A stretch of DNA of 64,000 nucleotides, filler included, from Choristocarpus tenellus KU-1152 (lineage: Eukaryota > Protista > Phaeophyceae): NCBI GenBank assembly GCA_964200185.2. It is 10 parts of 10 records of this genome, joined end to end, with 100 filler letters (N's around TTAATTAATTAA, not from the genome) between each part and the next. Parts side by side here need not be neighbours in the genome. Positions count along the whole stretch, not along the records: positions 26,385 to 33,224 come from CAXNAD020007240.1; positions 33,325 to 42,376 come from CAXNAD020004043.1; 8 more parts are not named here. One strand, written 5' to 3'. Of the stretch, positions 26,423-40,509 are shown in pieces. Both the position numbers and the translations under genes were made by a program. Each line of letters begins with the position of its first letter. Position 1 is the first letter of the stretch. The notes under the pieces are model-generated. The model ran no database searches. It worked only from the letters and a program-made list of their open reading frames with translations, and had not been told where the DNA came from.

Positions 26423-28250
26423 GACAAAGGAATTTATTTGGATTGTTCAGCGCCGCCTGTGATTGCCACAGCTCTTTAGCCCCCTCACTTCCACAACATG
26501 CAGTTAGAATATCGAAACAGTCCCGAAGGGGTTGTAACTACAAATATACTTACAAGAGCACGAACTAGGACAACAGAAATCCAAAAACCACCTCACGTTT
26601 CGAATTGATGCCCTGCTCATCGCACCATAGAGCGATGATGCGCTGGTAACTGTTGCTTCTGAAAATTCTTTTGTATTTATATCAGCGATCAGTTTCGTTT
26701 CGTGGTGGTTCAGGTCTTGGTGCTGGGCTTGTGAGGTGCGATGGGGGACTGAGTGTGAAGAGAGGAACTGATAGAGGGGAAAAATAGTGGTAAAGAGGGA
26801 GGAGGCAGTTTGTATGTATATAGCATACAATTTATATGTCTACCAACAAGGATGTTGAAACAACGCACCACAACAACACGACACTGCAACAGCAAAATGT
26901 TGGATAAAAGAGAGTGGACTCGGCAAAAAATAGAGTACAGTTATTGAATCCCATCCTACTTCGCCAAAATGAGAGCACTTGAAAAGTCACTCTTTCCCTT
27001 TATTCAGTGCTTCACAAGAATTTAGCGTACCATGCACCCATACTATCCCAAACTATTTCATGCAAGATACCCTAATCTGCGTTGGTTCTAGGAATAGAAG
27101 GTTCTTACCTTAGAGTGGAAACTGCCTGCAGTCCACTGTTGTTGAAGGGGCCCTAGACTCCTCCTGGCCCTCTTTGGTTGCTTGTTGATCTCGGAAATAG
27201 ATATCAAGGACTGCGTGACGACATTCTACTTGTTCGACTCTTAGGATTGTACACCTCTAGGATCTAGCCCTTTGCCATAGGCATCGATTCCCCAAAACTG
27301 GTTATGTAGGTCTTTAGTATGCTTCATTGCGACAAATTTGCAAAATGTGGCGTCCTACTCAACAGGAAGGAAGGGCTCCAGACCATTGAGTATATTCGGG
27401 ATCAAGGTCTCTAGTCGCCTGCCAGTCAAAACCACTTTGCCATCTCATCACAAAAACGTGAAAATGGGGGTGGGTTAGTTCCGCTGCCATATCTGCCTGA
27501 GAAGTGGGAAATGGATAGAATAGATTGGGGTGTTTACGTCGAGGCAGGCCTACCACAACTTTTGAGGGAGGAGGGGCAGTTATGACCAGTTGGTTGGCTG
27601 AACCCATTACGAAGGAGAAGCAAGGCACAAGGAATTTAGTACAATTAGTTCACAATACAATTACTAGTTATTACTCAAATAGATATTAGAACAGTTATAA
27701 TAGAGCACTTTCCTTCCAAGTAGTGTTCTTGTTTGTACTAGAGTATCATATTATGCGTATGTAGTGGCGTTTGGAGATATAGATGTGGTGAAGGGACCAA
27801 GAAAACATTTAGATCGGGGTAAGATTATAACACCACAAAAATGGAGTCTGCATTTTTTTACAGTAAAGATCCTTCCACTACACCAAAAATCTGTAGCGAA
27901 TTTGACATGAGGAGACCTAGTGAGACGACTGCTATTGTAGGTTGATGAAACTGCTCCTAAACTGACCCTATGAAGCGCAGTATGAACACAGAAAGAGAGT
28001 CCTACAATTCAGAAAATGCACATCTAGCCTTCCTACAGCTTCATGTCTCCAACATAAATTGCATGACACACTATGTGGATATTGTTGTTTGAACACGAAC
28101 TTGGCACCAATATCCTCTACAACTGTGCTTCCAATTTTCCTCGCTAAAACCCTTATTCCCCAATATAGTTGTAGTTGCACAATGATATTTTATTGTATGT
28201 GAAAGTAGTATTTAATCCATATTTCCCTTCTACATGAGTTGAGTGCCTCT

Positions 28251-28595
28251 GACCACAGATCAAGATCGGATGATTCCCTCTCTCCAAATTCAAGAGGCCA
28301 ACTCCCCATAAATAAAACCAGTATATATAGTCATAGTGGGTAAATCGGAATATAGAGTAGTTTTACAGAAAAATCAATTGGAAAGCTCTAAGGTCAACTC
28401 ATATCCCCAACTAAAGCAAAGAGTCGGTTTGGTCAATGATATTTTCGGATCTCTAGTCTCGGATCGATCTGTTGGAACTTCGAACCGATGATCACACCTC
28501 AACTACAAATAAAATCGAAGAATTAAACTATATTTTTTTTTTCTGACGATTTGAATTATAAAAAATGAAAATCGGACATTATTGGATCGGTGGTC
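28251..28595. mobile_element. Possible unrelated AT-rich MITE
   Basis: Imperfect inverted ends GACCACAGATC / GATCGGTGGTC. Single copy, no clear TSD. Confidence 0.3.
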
Positions 28596-30679
28596 CCTGA
28601 TAGATGAGTGATGCTGGATCATGAAACAGGAAAATTGAAAGAGTTGGAGAACGACTACTATAAATCAGGGGAAAGCACTCCACACCATATTATCCCGCAT
28701 AGCGAAATCATCTCACCGCCCTTCACGGGGTTGTTGCAAGGAGCAATGGCAAGCACAAGGTTGAAGTCCTGGGGTTGCTTATCCCCTTATATCATGAGTT
28801 TCTCGCTGTCTCTCAGCCTTGTTGAAGGCCCTCGGTGCCTCGTATACAACAGTTCGTGTCTGCAGAGGAGTTTGAAACGTGTCTCCCAAGTAGCTTTCCC
28901 ACTATTGAATCTCCTACCCAACTCATTGCGCTGCATTGGTTGTCCTACGTGCTCCTACTCTAGGAGCGCAACGTCGTCATCATCACACTTGCCGCAATCA
29001 ATGCTCGACTCTACAGGGGGTCCAACAGGTACGAATAAGTTACTAAACTGGTTGTCGAGACAGTGTGGTCAGCAGGAAAGTGAAGGGGAGGAATGAGGTG
29101 CAATGCGGCATCAACAATATGGGTACCTCTTCTCGGTCATTGGTATCAGAGAAAGATCTCTGAATGAAACAGTTTGGCACCTACTACGTCCTACCAGTGC
29201 TTCTTTCCGCAGGTTGCATTCCGATCAAAACGCCTGTTTAGCCTGGTTCCATTGTGCTAATGTTATGGAGTAGACGTCCAAATCGTATCGACGATGTGCG
29301 GATTTGGCTTATTTGAAAGTATTTGTACTGTACACTTCAGCATACAGTGCAGTAACACTGTAGAGAACTAGTAATGGAACCTCGTGTTTTTTAGGTGGGT
29401 TGACGCACGAAGATTTTTGGTGGAAATCCAAGTATCCATCCTTGGACTCCCTGTACACTTCATAATTCAGCAGCAGTGGATAGAGGTTGTTATACTCGTA
29501 TGCTGTACTATAGCGTTGTGTCTCTGCTCTGTGGGACACTCGTCTCTTCTAACTCAAGTATCCCTCTTACAAGGTGGACGTGCTCGCCGTGAAGATGGTT
29601 TGTTCGTGGGGACTGGTAGGGAGGCAGGGAATGTGAGTTCAATTCTTGGTGGCCGCTCTCACGACTATTCCCTTCGCAGATCTCTCGCCGCGGTTGAGTT
29701 CGGGTGAGTTTTGATATGTTTTTATACTGCAATGTGTTGCGATTTGTTGCTCCGTTGTAGAATTATACCATTAGCACAACACTTCATTGGAGATCGAGAG
29801 GACCATAGCTACAGGTGTTTTGTTTCAACTCTTTTGTCCATATGCTCAATGTTTTAAATGTCCAATATCTCGTCACATGTAACCTTGCCGTCGCTTCCAT
29901 GCCTCGGTGTAGGTCTGGGCGGGCATTCATTGTAGTGGTAGTTGCGAAGGGGTTTCATCTGATATGCTTGAAACCCCATACTTCATGGAAGATGCCTGAG
30001 ACTTGTTTTATGACTGTCTCAACTTGCATTTCAATCTAGGCAGGTGCCACCATCCGGGCAGGCAGTACAAGCTTTGGCTTCTGTTTTTTTTTGTATGCCA
30101 CTGAAAGCAAGATCCCACGGCTTTTTTGGTTTCTGGATTCGGTTTATATTCGACTGCCACCAAGAACTGTTGCGAAGCACAGTTGGACTATTATGAATGA
30201 AATCTTATCCCTTGACCTCCGATCCTGTTGAGCAGCGGCTAATTATCCACAGATCCATTTCTGCAGAGATTTCATGATACTCAAATCTAACAACCACCCA
30301 ACCTACTTGAAACCTAACTCATCCCATAGGGATGCAGTTCGGACAGTAAGCATGAAGAGAACAAAACTTGATGATGGAGGGGGAACAGGTCGTATAACCC
30401 ATGTGAGTATGTGCCCCTTCACGGTTACTGCGTCGTAAGAGACAAGATTTGGGGGGGGGGGGCAGGGCTTCAAAATGTTGTGGAGGAAGAAAACAGGTGG
30501 GGAGGGACTTGAAGTTTTTTTCATCAGTGTTGATACACCTAGCTCTGTGTCACTAATGTCTTGATCCTGTCGAAGGAGTTGAGTGATACACAACGAACTT
30601 TAAACACTTCCTGCTCCCCCCCCGACAATCGCCCCCGTATGGTGTGCTGTGCCTTGTATTGACACATACCGCCTTCCAG

Positions 30680-33051
30680 GAGATGAATGTGTATGTTGGA
30701 AACAAGGGGCAGGTTCTCACTCGACCTGCTTTTTTGGGAAGGGAATGGGCTGCGTTTGGCTCAGAGGCAGAAAATGATCGGGTTGAGCTGGGTTCAGGGA
30801 GCAATGACCGATCTTGCAGGCACTCGGTGGTCTTCACCCCACTCACGGGATCTGCTGGGGCTGGGGTTGAGATTCCCATGAAGGAGGTTTGTAGTTTGTT
30901 GACTTGCTACGTGGCGATTTGGTAGTGCAATTTTTTTTCTTTGTTCCTCTAGCTGCTGCTTGCAACTGGTGTTTCTGGCACGATTGATTGATTGTTTTTG
31001 TTTTTTGTTTGGTGGCCCTCCTGCAAAAGACGGAACGGATTTCGGATGCGGCTGTTTCGGCTTGGTCTGGCAAGAAGAATGTTTGGTGTTGTCATATGGC
31101 AGGGAGGCGTGTTGTTGTGTTGTTTGATTGCTTGAGGGTATGAAAAAATTGTACAATAGAGAAGGGCTCTTTAATATCTTCATAGTGACTTTAAAAAAAA
31201 ATGAAAAAAAATGGTGTCGTCTGAGCCTCCTCTGTTCGATCGATCTTTTAATTAAACCTTTTCGAACTGAATGGGGTTTTTTTTTAGTCGACTTTTTGTT
31301 ACTGTTTTTTTTTTAAATCAATCTTGTCAACGCCAATGCCAACGGCAGACTGAGCTAAATCCGAAGAAATCGATCCTAAGCGAGCTCTTTTTTTTTTTGT
31401 GCAACCGACTTGTGTTGTGGTCGCCTTGTTGCCGCCATGCACGCGCGCTTCTTTGCATCGATTCGGAGGCGAGTTTGTTTTGAACATCTTTTGATTTTTT
31501 TCAATGCTTGCTACAGAGCACCACAGAGCCAATACGCTGCTGACTCGCGCTACACGTTATGTTCACGCAAATATTTTTTTTTCATCTTTTTTTCTTCATA
31601 GAGCTGCGGTGCAATTTCATGTTGCGATTTACGATGCTACAGAGCACCGCAGAGCCAATGCGCTGCTGACTTCGCTGTCCGGCGGAAGAGATAGTTCCCT
31701 CGTCCAGATCAAGCCCTTTTATCACTCCAAAACAGATCGAACACAGCACTCTCTGTGACAGAGTCAAGAGTTTTAACAAGAGGTGTATATCCCAAGTTCT
31801 TGGCCGTTTTTTACTCTCTTTTTTTTAGACATTTTTTTTTTTAATCTTTAGTAATTCATTCCCCTTTTATTATTATTATTTATGTGAACGAAGTGCCGAG
31901 TTCGCCTTGAGAAAATCCTATGTGCACTTTTTTTATGTTGAGAAAAATAAATGTATATATATATATATTTTGCACATGCTTTGTCAGCTTTTTTCGTGTC
32001 CTTAGAGTGCAACCCTGGATGCCTCTTTTCTCTTTGCTTTTGGCTCCGGTGTGGCAAGCATCCTATCTATGCATGCATTGTTTGTCACATACTTTTAAAA
32101 AACTGTTTCAGATACACTTCTTACACCACACCCCCACCACACACCCTTTCGTTTGCTTTTGCAGTAGTACATCTGGAGGTACACTTCTCCCCCCCCCTCC
32201 CCTCTTCCCTCCCTCTCCCCCCCTTTCCACGCCCNNNNNNNNNNCCCCCCCCCTCCCCTCTTCCGCCTACTTCCCCCCCTTGCAAGGTCCTTATCCTCCA
32301 TGCTAGCAATAAAAACGCCTTTCTTTTTTTTTGTGCACCTTTTCTTTTCTTTTCTGGTCACAAATGATGTCAGGCCGTTGTGGATGTCCAGTGGCTCTCT
32401 CCGAGGGCAGTAGTAGCGGCATCAGGGTCGTCCTTGCACCTCTGCCCAATCCCTGACGAAATTGAGACGTCCATGTTAGAACAGGGGAGGAGGATCACGG
32501 GTAAGCTCCTCCTCCCAACAGCGTATTTATTTCCTCATCAGCAGTGGAAGAAAAAAAGGGCCTGCTGCTGCTCAGCCAAAGCCCTTTCCGCGAGGAGGAG
32601 AAAGGGTTAATTCTGTTTCTACTTTTATTTTTCTTCTTTTTTTCTGCGTGCACAATCGCTCGATCGTGCGTGCGTGTCGCTTTGATCTCAGCTCGCTCCG
32701 GTGTTTTGTTTCCGGTGCAGTCAGTCGGAACGTTTTTTTTTTATTCATTTTTATTTTATTTATTCAGAGTTTTTTTTTTTCGGATCGAGAAAATTTCTCG
32801 CGCTCCCCGGTGGAGGCGTGTGTGTGCGTTGCGACAGTAGAGTAACAGTTACCTTTTTCTGCGTGCGTGCGTACGCACGTATGTTCTTTTATTGTTTGTT
32901 TGTTTGTGTGTCCTCCTCCTTGCTCACCGCTGCCCCTGACCTGACCTGACGGTACAGGGTCTGTGGACTCCTTTGCTGTTTTGAACCACGAGGTGATTGA
33001 GATGGCTGTGAACTCCTCGGCGGAGAGAGTGGCTTGTGCAGGTGGGGGTAG
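30680..33051 (+). CDS. Probable WD40/beta-propeller-like protein, partial; exons 30680-30886, 32374-32500, 32958-~33047; possible upstream exon ~29574-29632
   Basis: Three open exons with CAG acceptors, GT donors and matching phases (0, 1). Peptides AVVDVQWLSPRAVVAASGSSLHL and VIEMAVNSSAERVACAG resemble WD40 strands. The family call is tentative. Confidence 0.6.
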
Positions 33052-34211
33052 GTATGCTTTCTTTCTCTTTTTGAGATGAAGAAGAAGAAGAAGAGGTTCT
33101 TTCGGCTCTCTTTTCCTTTTATCGTTCTCTTTTTTCTTTTAACTATTTTTTTTTTTTTTACTTTTTCTTGCCGTGTCTTTCGCTTTTCTTTTTCTCTCCC
33201 CCTCTTGCCCACAAAAAAAGAGAANNNNNNNNNNNNNNNNNNNNNNNNNNNNNNNNNNNNNNNNNNNNTTAATTAATTAANNNNNNNNNNNNNNNNNNNN
33301 NNNNNNNNNNNNNNNNNNNNNNNNCCTCACCTCCACCGTCCCGCCCCCCCCCCCCCCCCCCCAGGTACTTTGAACCATTTTGCATTACAAACTTGTATTT
33401 ACAGCATAGCAAGCACTCTGTAGTTCTAACCATTTAGCTAATCCTACTGTCAGCTGCAAGTACAGCTATGCCCCTACCTCAACAAAGCGTCAATATTCAC
33501 CCTGAAAGTAGCATATCACATCCTGTGGTGAGGGCAACAAGCAAGATTTCTTCTTCGTGACTGCAATCTCCTGATGTGTTTCTTGCTCTCTCTACTACAG
33601 ATGAGCGCCAATATTCACTTATAGGGCTCTACTTCTTGAAAGTTAAAGGGGACAATAAAGACGGTTGTAAGGATACCACTTGCATGCATTAGCAACTGCA
33701 ATTTGATGTTAGGGAAATCATGCTCTCTCCAACCTTTTCCAATGCGGATGAGCTCAGAGAAGAGATAAACGAGGTTGATCCAATTTTTTTTTATCAATTT
33801 TCCGGAAGTGAAGGGAAGGAAGGGCATGCATGGCAATGCTCTTATCATACCTTTCGGTGATGTGGCTTGATCCTCACTGGGCTTAGGGTGTTGATGGTCT
33901 CTTTGCCTTCATACCTGTCACACCTGAAATTTCGATCCATCCATCATTCTGAGCACGTACATACCAGGGCTGTACCATGGCATTATAGTTGAGGAGTTTA
34001 GGTGATGGTAAAGTCAGGTGATATGGAAAGCATTGGCTGACGGATGCAAATGTCATCATAGGACGCCACATGTTGACCTCTCTGCATAGGGAGAGCTTGA
34101 GGTAGGCAGACCACGGTCATTGTGGAAATGTGCGACAAAATACATTTACCATTGTATTTGGAGGGGGCGGTTATTGCAAGACCACAGCAGCTTCAATGTG
34201 GATGAACAGAA

Positions 34212-34469
34212 GAGCCAAAGTATCTTGGAGGGTATAGCTGCGTCCATTTGGGGGCCAAAATCCAATGTTGCGATTTTGATGTAATTTTGGCTGTCTTGTT
34301 GGTAAGGAAGTGTCAATATCTATGTTTTGGATACACCTTTTCATAACATATACATTTTACCTACTCCTAAACATTTTGGAGTAGGAAAATGTCATAAAAA
34401 ACCCCTTGAGATCCAAGCCCCAAATGGACAAACAGGGCAAAACTTGTACCCTCTAAGATACTTTCACTC
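34212..34469. mobile_element. MITE family A
   Basis: Exact 4-bp TSD AGAA. Confidence 0.92.
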
Positions 34470-34872
34470 AGAATATACATATATCGTGGAAGGGGACAGT
34501 TCTCAAGTGCTTTTGTGTGTGTATGTACGTGTGCACGTGCGCGTATTTCTAGTGTTGAATGTCCAACTGTTAAAAGTTCAGCATTTGCTATTGGTCTGTG
34601 TGCTGTTTGATGTTTTGCTCTGTGTTTTTAATGTCCATGTCCATGACTATGTGTGTGTGTGCGTGACTCAATGCAGAGTCAGTGGGTGATTGCCAGTTTC
34701 AGTGCACAAACCTCATTCTCCGTCATTTCATGCATGCGTCCATTCATTTCTCCGTGTGCTCCCATCAGTGAGACAACCACCATCTTGTCATTGGTTATCT
34801 ACAAAGGCAACAGCAGTTGGATGGAGTGAAAAGTTCACGCTTTAGTTTCAGAATAACTAGAAAATTTGCATT

Positions 34873-35131
34873 GACCCAAAGCATTTAAGAGGGTAGGAGT
34901 TTTTTCACATTTTTCTCTTCGGGACTTGGCTTCCCACGGGTTTTTTGTGCCCGCTTTTGGATTTCTGTGTGAACACAGTTACGGAAAATGTATACAAATA
35001 TGACAGATGTGTCTGGAGCAAGGATATTGACACTTGCTAAGAAACACAATAGACAAAATTACCTCAAAATCGCAACATTGGATTTTGGACCCCAAACGGA
35101 CGTGGTCCTACACTCTTAAATGTTTTGACTC
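34873..35131. mobile_element. MITE family A, diverged subfamily
   Basis: Same layout with a different central segment; flanks ATT/ATT. Confidence 0.75.
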
Positions 35132-38100
35132 ATTTCCACTTCCAGATTAAGGCACATACAGAGAACACAGATACGGAGAGGCAACCAAGACCAATTGAGT
35201 TATTTAATGCTTCTACTCAGGGCACTCTGGTGGTCAATATAGCTTAAGAAATAGACGCAACTGTGTGGTGCCCCCTCCATGCGCAGGCTCTACGTGGGTG
35301 AAAAACGAAGTTGAGATAGTTCAACTGTGGCTTGGCAGCAATGAATGTGAGGAGATGATCCGATTGCCCACACTACTTCTGACTTGGGTGTTGTTGCCAT
35401 CGGTTTTCTTCCATCAGAAAAGGAAAATAGAACAAGAGGTGGAACTCTTTGGGTCAGCCAAAGGTCTAAGGGACACAATGGCAAGTGAAGGTTGCTGCAA
35501 ATTGTTGCAAGGCTAGAAACTGGTCTTGGATTAGGCGAGAACTTTGTCATTAGACTTTGTCATATATCAAGGGGGTGCACCTGACTTCAATTGTTACACA
35601 AGGGCAATGGGGGGTGTTCCAGAAAGGGTACCCCTGTGTTGCTAGTTTGCAACATTACCCAAGTCCTTTTTCTTGATTCTACTGCCCTGATCAGGGGGGG
35701 AAAACAATTACTGGCACAATAAGTGCATTTAGGGGAGGTTCGAATAGGTGCAGGCACCTTGCTCGTGAGTCTTGAGCTATATGTATGCGTAGTTCCATCC
35801 AACTTTGAATAATTTGGAACACAAGGACTGTAATGTATGAACGAAGGTAGTAGGGTAAGGATAGAAAGATCTTCTTACAGACCAGTCAAGCCAATCCATT
35901 TATCCTAGTCTATTGCAAGGTCTATTTGAGTGACTGCATTAATTCTACTGGTCGTATCCTCTTTGTATGTAGTGGACTATCCTGTGGTCAAAATATCAAC
36001 AATGGCCTACATCTTTCCCTCTTCCTGCAAATTCAGAGCATGATATCATCAAGCTGCGTCATAATTTTTCATGTTTTTCATATTATGTGTAGTGCATAAT
36101 GCCTTGTGTTTTAAGTTCAAAAAGGAGACTTCGCAACACAGAGAGGACACAAAGCCATGGATGTAGTACCAAATGACTAATATGATGATTGCACATCATG
36201 TTGCCTGGATATAGGCAAATCTTTTCAACTGTCTCCCCCAACCCCCATCTTTCCCCCTTGCCTCCCTGCATCCCTGCCATCCTGCTTCTGTATCAGATTC
36301 AGGGACATCATCTTCTCATATGTGTGATGGGATAGCTGGTTGGGACCTCGCCATTGAGATCGTGAATGGAGAAAGACTCACCAAAGTCACTGAACACGTA
36401 ACCAAAGGCACCTATGGTACCTGACGAAATGAAAATTACACTCTGTATCAAGAAGAAATGTGTCCAAGGAAGCGGATTTTGTGTCTGGAGTTAGGAAAAC
36501 AAGGACAGAAGGAATAGCTAACTAGAGCTCTAGATATTTGAAGCGCTTGTGAAATATTGTGTAGTCATGTTTGCTGGATAGGAGGTGGAGATGTTATTTC
36601 AAAATCGTCCATGATTGACTTTGCCTATAGAATTGTTGACTATGGAATGGTCAATGACATGGGCATACACTAATATTAGTGCACCCTTCTACACAGAAGT
36701 GTGAATCTCCTCTAGAGATGAAGAAGATAAAACAGCATGTGGCACTTCGAACCTCAAGTACAGATTATGGGCATTTTCCACCAATACTCTATCATACAAC
36801 ACAGAGCACTATTATATGAAAAATCACTCTTGCTAGCGTATGAATCGTAGCCCAAGTTGCCACACAAGGCTTGGGAAAGAGTGGTTCACACTTGACACCT
36901 TTCTAAGAAGCCCTCTGGAGAGGAAGTCAACAGTCACTTCACATCTCCAATGAGGCATGCGTTTAAACACCTGTTGTATTACCTATGGTGTCAAAAATGT
37001 TAACTGTGCATCAAACCCTAGCATATGAGCTCTCTATTCTTGGGAGACCATCAAACAATTGCTTGATCCATCAATTACTGATTTACTCTCCTTCTCACAT
37101 GCACGTGAGGGCTTACATGCCATGTGTGTATGGTCATGACACGCCAGCTTGCTGTGTGAACAGGTTTAGTAGAGGGATATGTACACAAGCATATGTGCGT
37201 GTGTTGATATTCATCCTCCGAAAATTCCTCAAAGATAAGCACTTACGAAAGGGTACAAAATACCACTCCACAAACCTTCTCATGGCAGAACGTATCCCAT
37301 TGTTGTTTGTTCTCTGGTGGCTGTCCACAAAACACCACCACACTGTGCACACTAACAGTTGCCTCAGTCAGAACGCTCTGGACCACCCTAACAGACACCA
37401 TGGAGTTAAGCTCCTGCAACTTGTTCGCCCACAACTAAATTTCACACAGATGATAGAGGTGGAAGTTTTGAGCCAAGTGGGGAGGATGAGTTGTGGGGGG
37501 ATTGGGGGGTGCAGATAGAGGGGGGCTAAGAGTGCAGAGTAGGCATTGCGGGGAAGTTGTTTTAAGGACTTTGAATGTGTCTGGACTGGAGGAGGAGTTA
37601 ACCTACTCTACCCCCCACCCAGATGTGGATGTCAATCTTGCATGCACACAAAGGGCAATATATACAGTGTGCATAATACGGTATATTCTTCGTGGAGGTA
37701 CAGTGGAATATGTGCAATATGGGTTATGGAAGCATGACATCAATAGAAAGTGTAGTGATACGTGTTAATGCCACTCTTTGGTGTAGTTGTTTAGGGCTAA
37801 GTTCTTCCCCACTACTATGGTGGGTAGAATGACCCTGAGGGAGAGTGCCCTACATTTGTTTACTACTGCACCCAGAGCTCTGAGGGTTTATAGACTAGGA
37901 GTGGCTAAAAAAGGCGATTCTGCTGTAAGAGAACAACAAAATATACGTATCATTGTTTTCTACTACTACCAAGACTTCAACGAATACAGTACTAGGAACT
38001 ACACTTCTTCCTAGGGTGATAACATGACACTGAGTAGTACCCCTGTTCGGCATGATTTCACCCACTCTTGGGTGTCCATCAGTACCTCCCCTCCTTGCTC

Positions 38101-38984
38101 CTGTACTCTCAGTCAATATGCCTTCAAAGTATCAGAACCAATTCATTCACCACAAGAGTCCTCATTACATTTGCACTAAATCAAATACCTGTGAAAATTA
38201 CATCATGCAGTAAAGGGCGAAATGCTTGGAATTTTACATTATTGTATAAATCACAATACTAGTGGGTTGAGCAGCCTCATTTTTAAGATGAGGATGGTTG
38301 TTGAGCACACATACTTCACAGAAAACCATCAAGTAGTATAAAAACAACTGCAATAGGTACAGCTTCCTCTTACTATTGTCAGTCGTTTGTATGAAAATGA
38401 GCCACCACTATCCCAATACAAGCAAGTCAAGCAGGAGACAGAGTACACAATCAGCACATAATCTCTGTCCGCAGGTTGCATCTTCCTGAGTAATCCAAGG
38501 TTATCATCACATTCTTGAAAACATCCTCTCAACTGTAACCCTTTCCCATTCACCATGAGGCATACTTCAAAGTAGATTGATTCCGCTGCACTCTTCTGCT
38601 GGATTGTATTCAAAACTGGCAGCCATGATTGATTGCACGTTACCATATTTCTGTGTGCACTACTTTGTACTAGTGTTCTACAGGGACTAGAAAACAATAA
38701 TCTACTGTTGGAAGTGCATTAGAGTACTCAGCAGTACTGTAATATGGCAACATCCAAATTCTCGTAGTGTGTCACATGAAGGTCTCAAACACAGAGACTA
38801 AAACACAGTTTAAAGGTAAGTGCAATTGAAATGAAAGGCAAAGCAGTATGTACCAATCTCTCGATTCTGCCTCTTCACAGGCAAAATAACCTTCACACAT
38901 CACACCAGCATGCATGCAACAACATGACCACTCACCCAAGCATGCATCAGATATCCAACATCTGTACAACAGATATCCCACTTT

Positions 38985-39242
38985 GAGTCAAAGTATCTTA
39001 GAGGGTAGAGCCATGTCCATTTGGAGGTCAAACTCCAATGTTGCAATGTTGATGTAATTTTAGCTATCGTATTAGTTAGGAAGTGTCAATATCCTTGTTC
39101 CGGACACACCTTTCGTAACATACAAATTGTACTTACTCCGAAACATTTTGGAGTAGAAAAATATCATAAAAATAAACATGGGAAGCCAAGCCCCAAATGG
39201 ATAAACAGGGAAAAACTCGTACCCTCTAAGATACTTTCGCTC
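38985..39242. mobile_element. MITE family A
   Basis: Near-perfect TIRs; flanks TTT/TTT. Confidence 0.9.
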
Positions 39243-40334
39243 TTTGGTACCGGAGATCTGTTCAGCATTGCCAAGTTTTACTGCGTACCTCCTACCAATC
39301 AGTTGAACACTGATATGTCCGCCCGTCTCCCTAACCCAGCAGAACTCACCTTGCTCGGGCCTTGCCAACATCAGAAGCCTCTAAAAAGAAATTTGCACCC
39401 AGGTCAGGGAGTGACACCTCCTCCTCATCTATGAGAGAGATTATCCCCACTCCTGCCAGCACTAAGTTCTTATCTGCTTCCACCCCAAGACCCCTAAATA
39501 TTTCAAAAATCACAGCAAGATATGTTGTGACAAAGAAATGGGGATTGAAGTAGATATGGAGATGGGGCAGGAGAGGACTGGAAGATCAATAGTCACTGTT
39601 GACATTGATTATGAAATGATCACTAGGGATTATTGTAGAGATCCAGAGCAATATAGATTAGGGGGGCTGTGGGAAAGAGTCTTAGAGCCTTCAGGGTCGT
39701 TTGTCTGCGGTTGCCTACTGTCTTCAGATGCCGTATAAAGGGGCTGATTCATAAATTAGGTACTGTATTTGCACAGGGCACAGGGGAGTTTGAGGCTGAG
39801 TGATAGGTGATGTATACAGAACTGGGACGGATTCAGTGGAGGGGAAGGAATAAAGAAGATTCACCTGAGACCAACAATGAGAACCTTCAAGCTGACAAGC
39901 TTGGACATAGTTCTAGTATCTAAGCCATTGGCAGTTTGGTTGCATCCATCCATGCGCTCTTGGTTTGCTTCCACCAATGGCACTGTGAAGGAGCTGGAAG
40001 ATGAAGAGAGGTCTGAGGAGAGATGATACTGAGTTTGATGAGAATTGATGTACGGCAAAAAGAAGGCTCCACAAACCTGCCAAATTACTTTGAAGCAATC
40101 CGTTTCAAACATCCTCAAGTGACCAAGGGAGTAAGGTGCCTCCCATTGAGTCTAAACCCAAGTTGTCACATTCTATGAGTGGGGACTGAAAATGGTGGAG
40201 AGTTAATAAGGCGATGGGTGACCTTACTACTGTGATACAACAATATTGTGGCAAAGCAAGGTCCTGTTGTATTAATAGTTTGCGTCATATACGTGGAACA
40301 GACGACCCGTGTGAGTCAAAGTAAACGACATATA

Positions 40335-40509
40335 GGCTCAGAGTATCTGGGGGGGGTGGTGGCTGTCCATTTGGGGTCAATTTTTTCATATCGCGATTTT
40401 TGGGTGATTTGGTTCAATACGTTGGATGGATAATGAAAGTTCACTTTTCCTGGTTTGGGTCTAAATGGACACTCTGGTGTAGACCCCCCCCCCCCAGATA
40501 CTTTGAGTC
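40335..40509. mobile_element. MITE family B
   Basis: Complete; flanks TATA/TGTA. Confidence 0.88.

Noticed and set aside
29141-29151. TGGTATCAGAG, an iMet-tRNA primer-binding-site match after CA
   Set aside because: No recognisable LTR upstream or gag downstream.
33830-34160. Second possible KDZ-like relic on the minus strand (ASYDDIC..CHG..EGKE)
   Set aside because: Too degenerate, with several stops; cannot be supported without a profile search.
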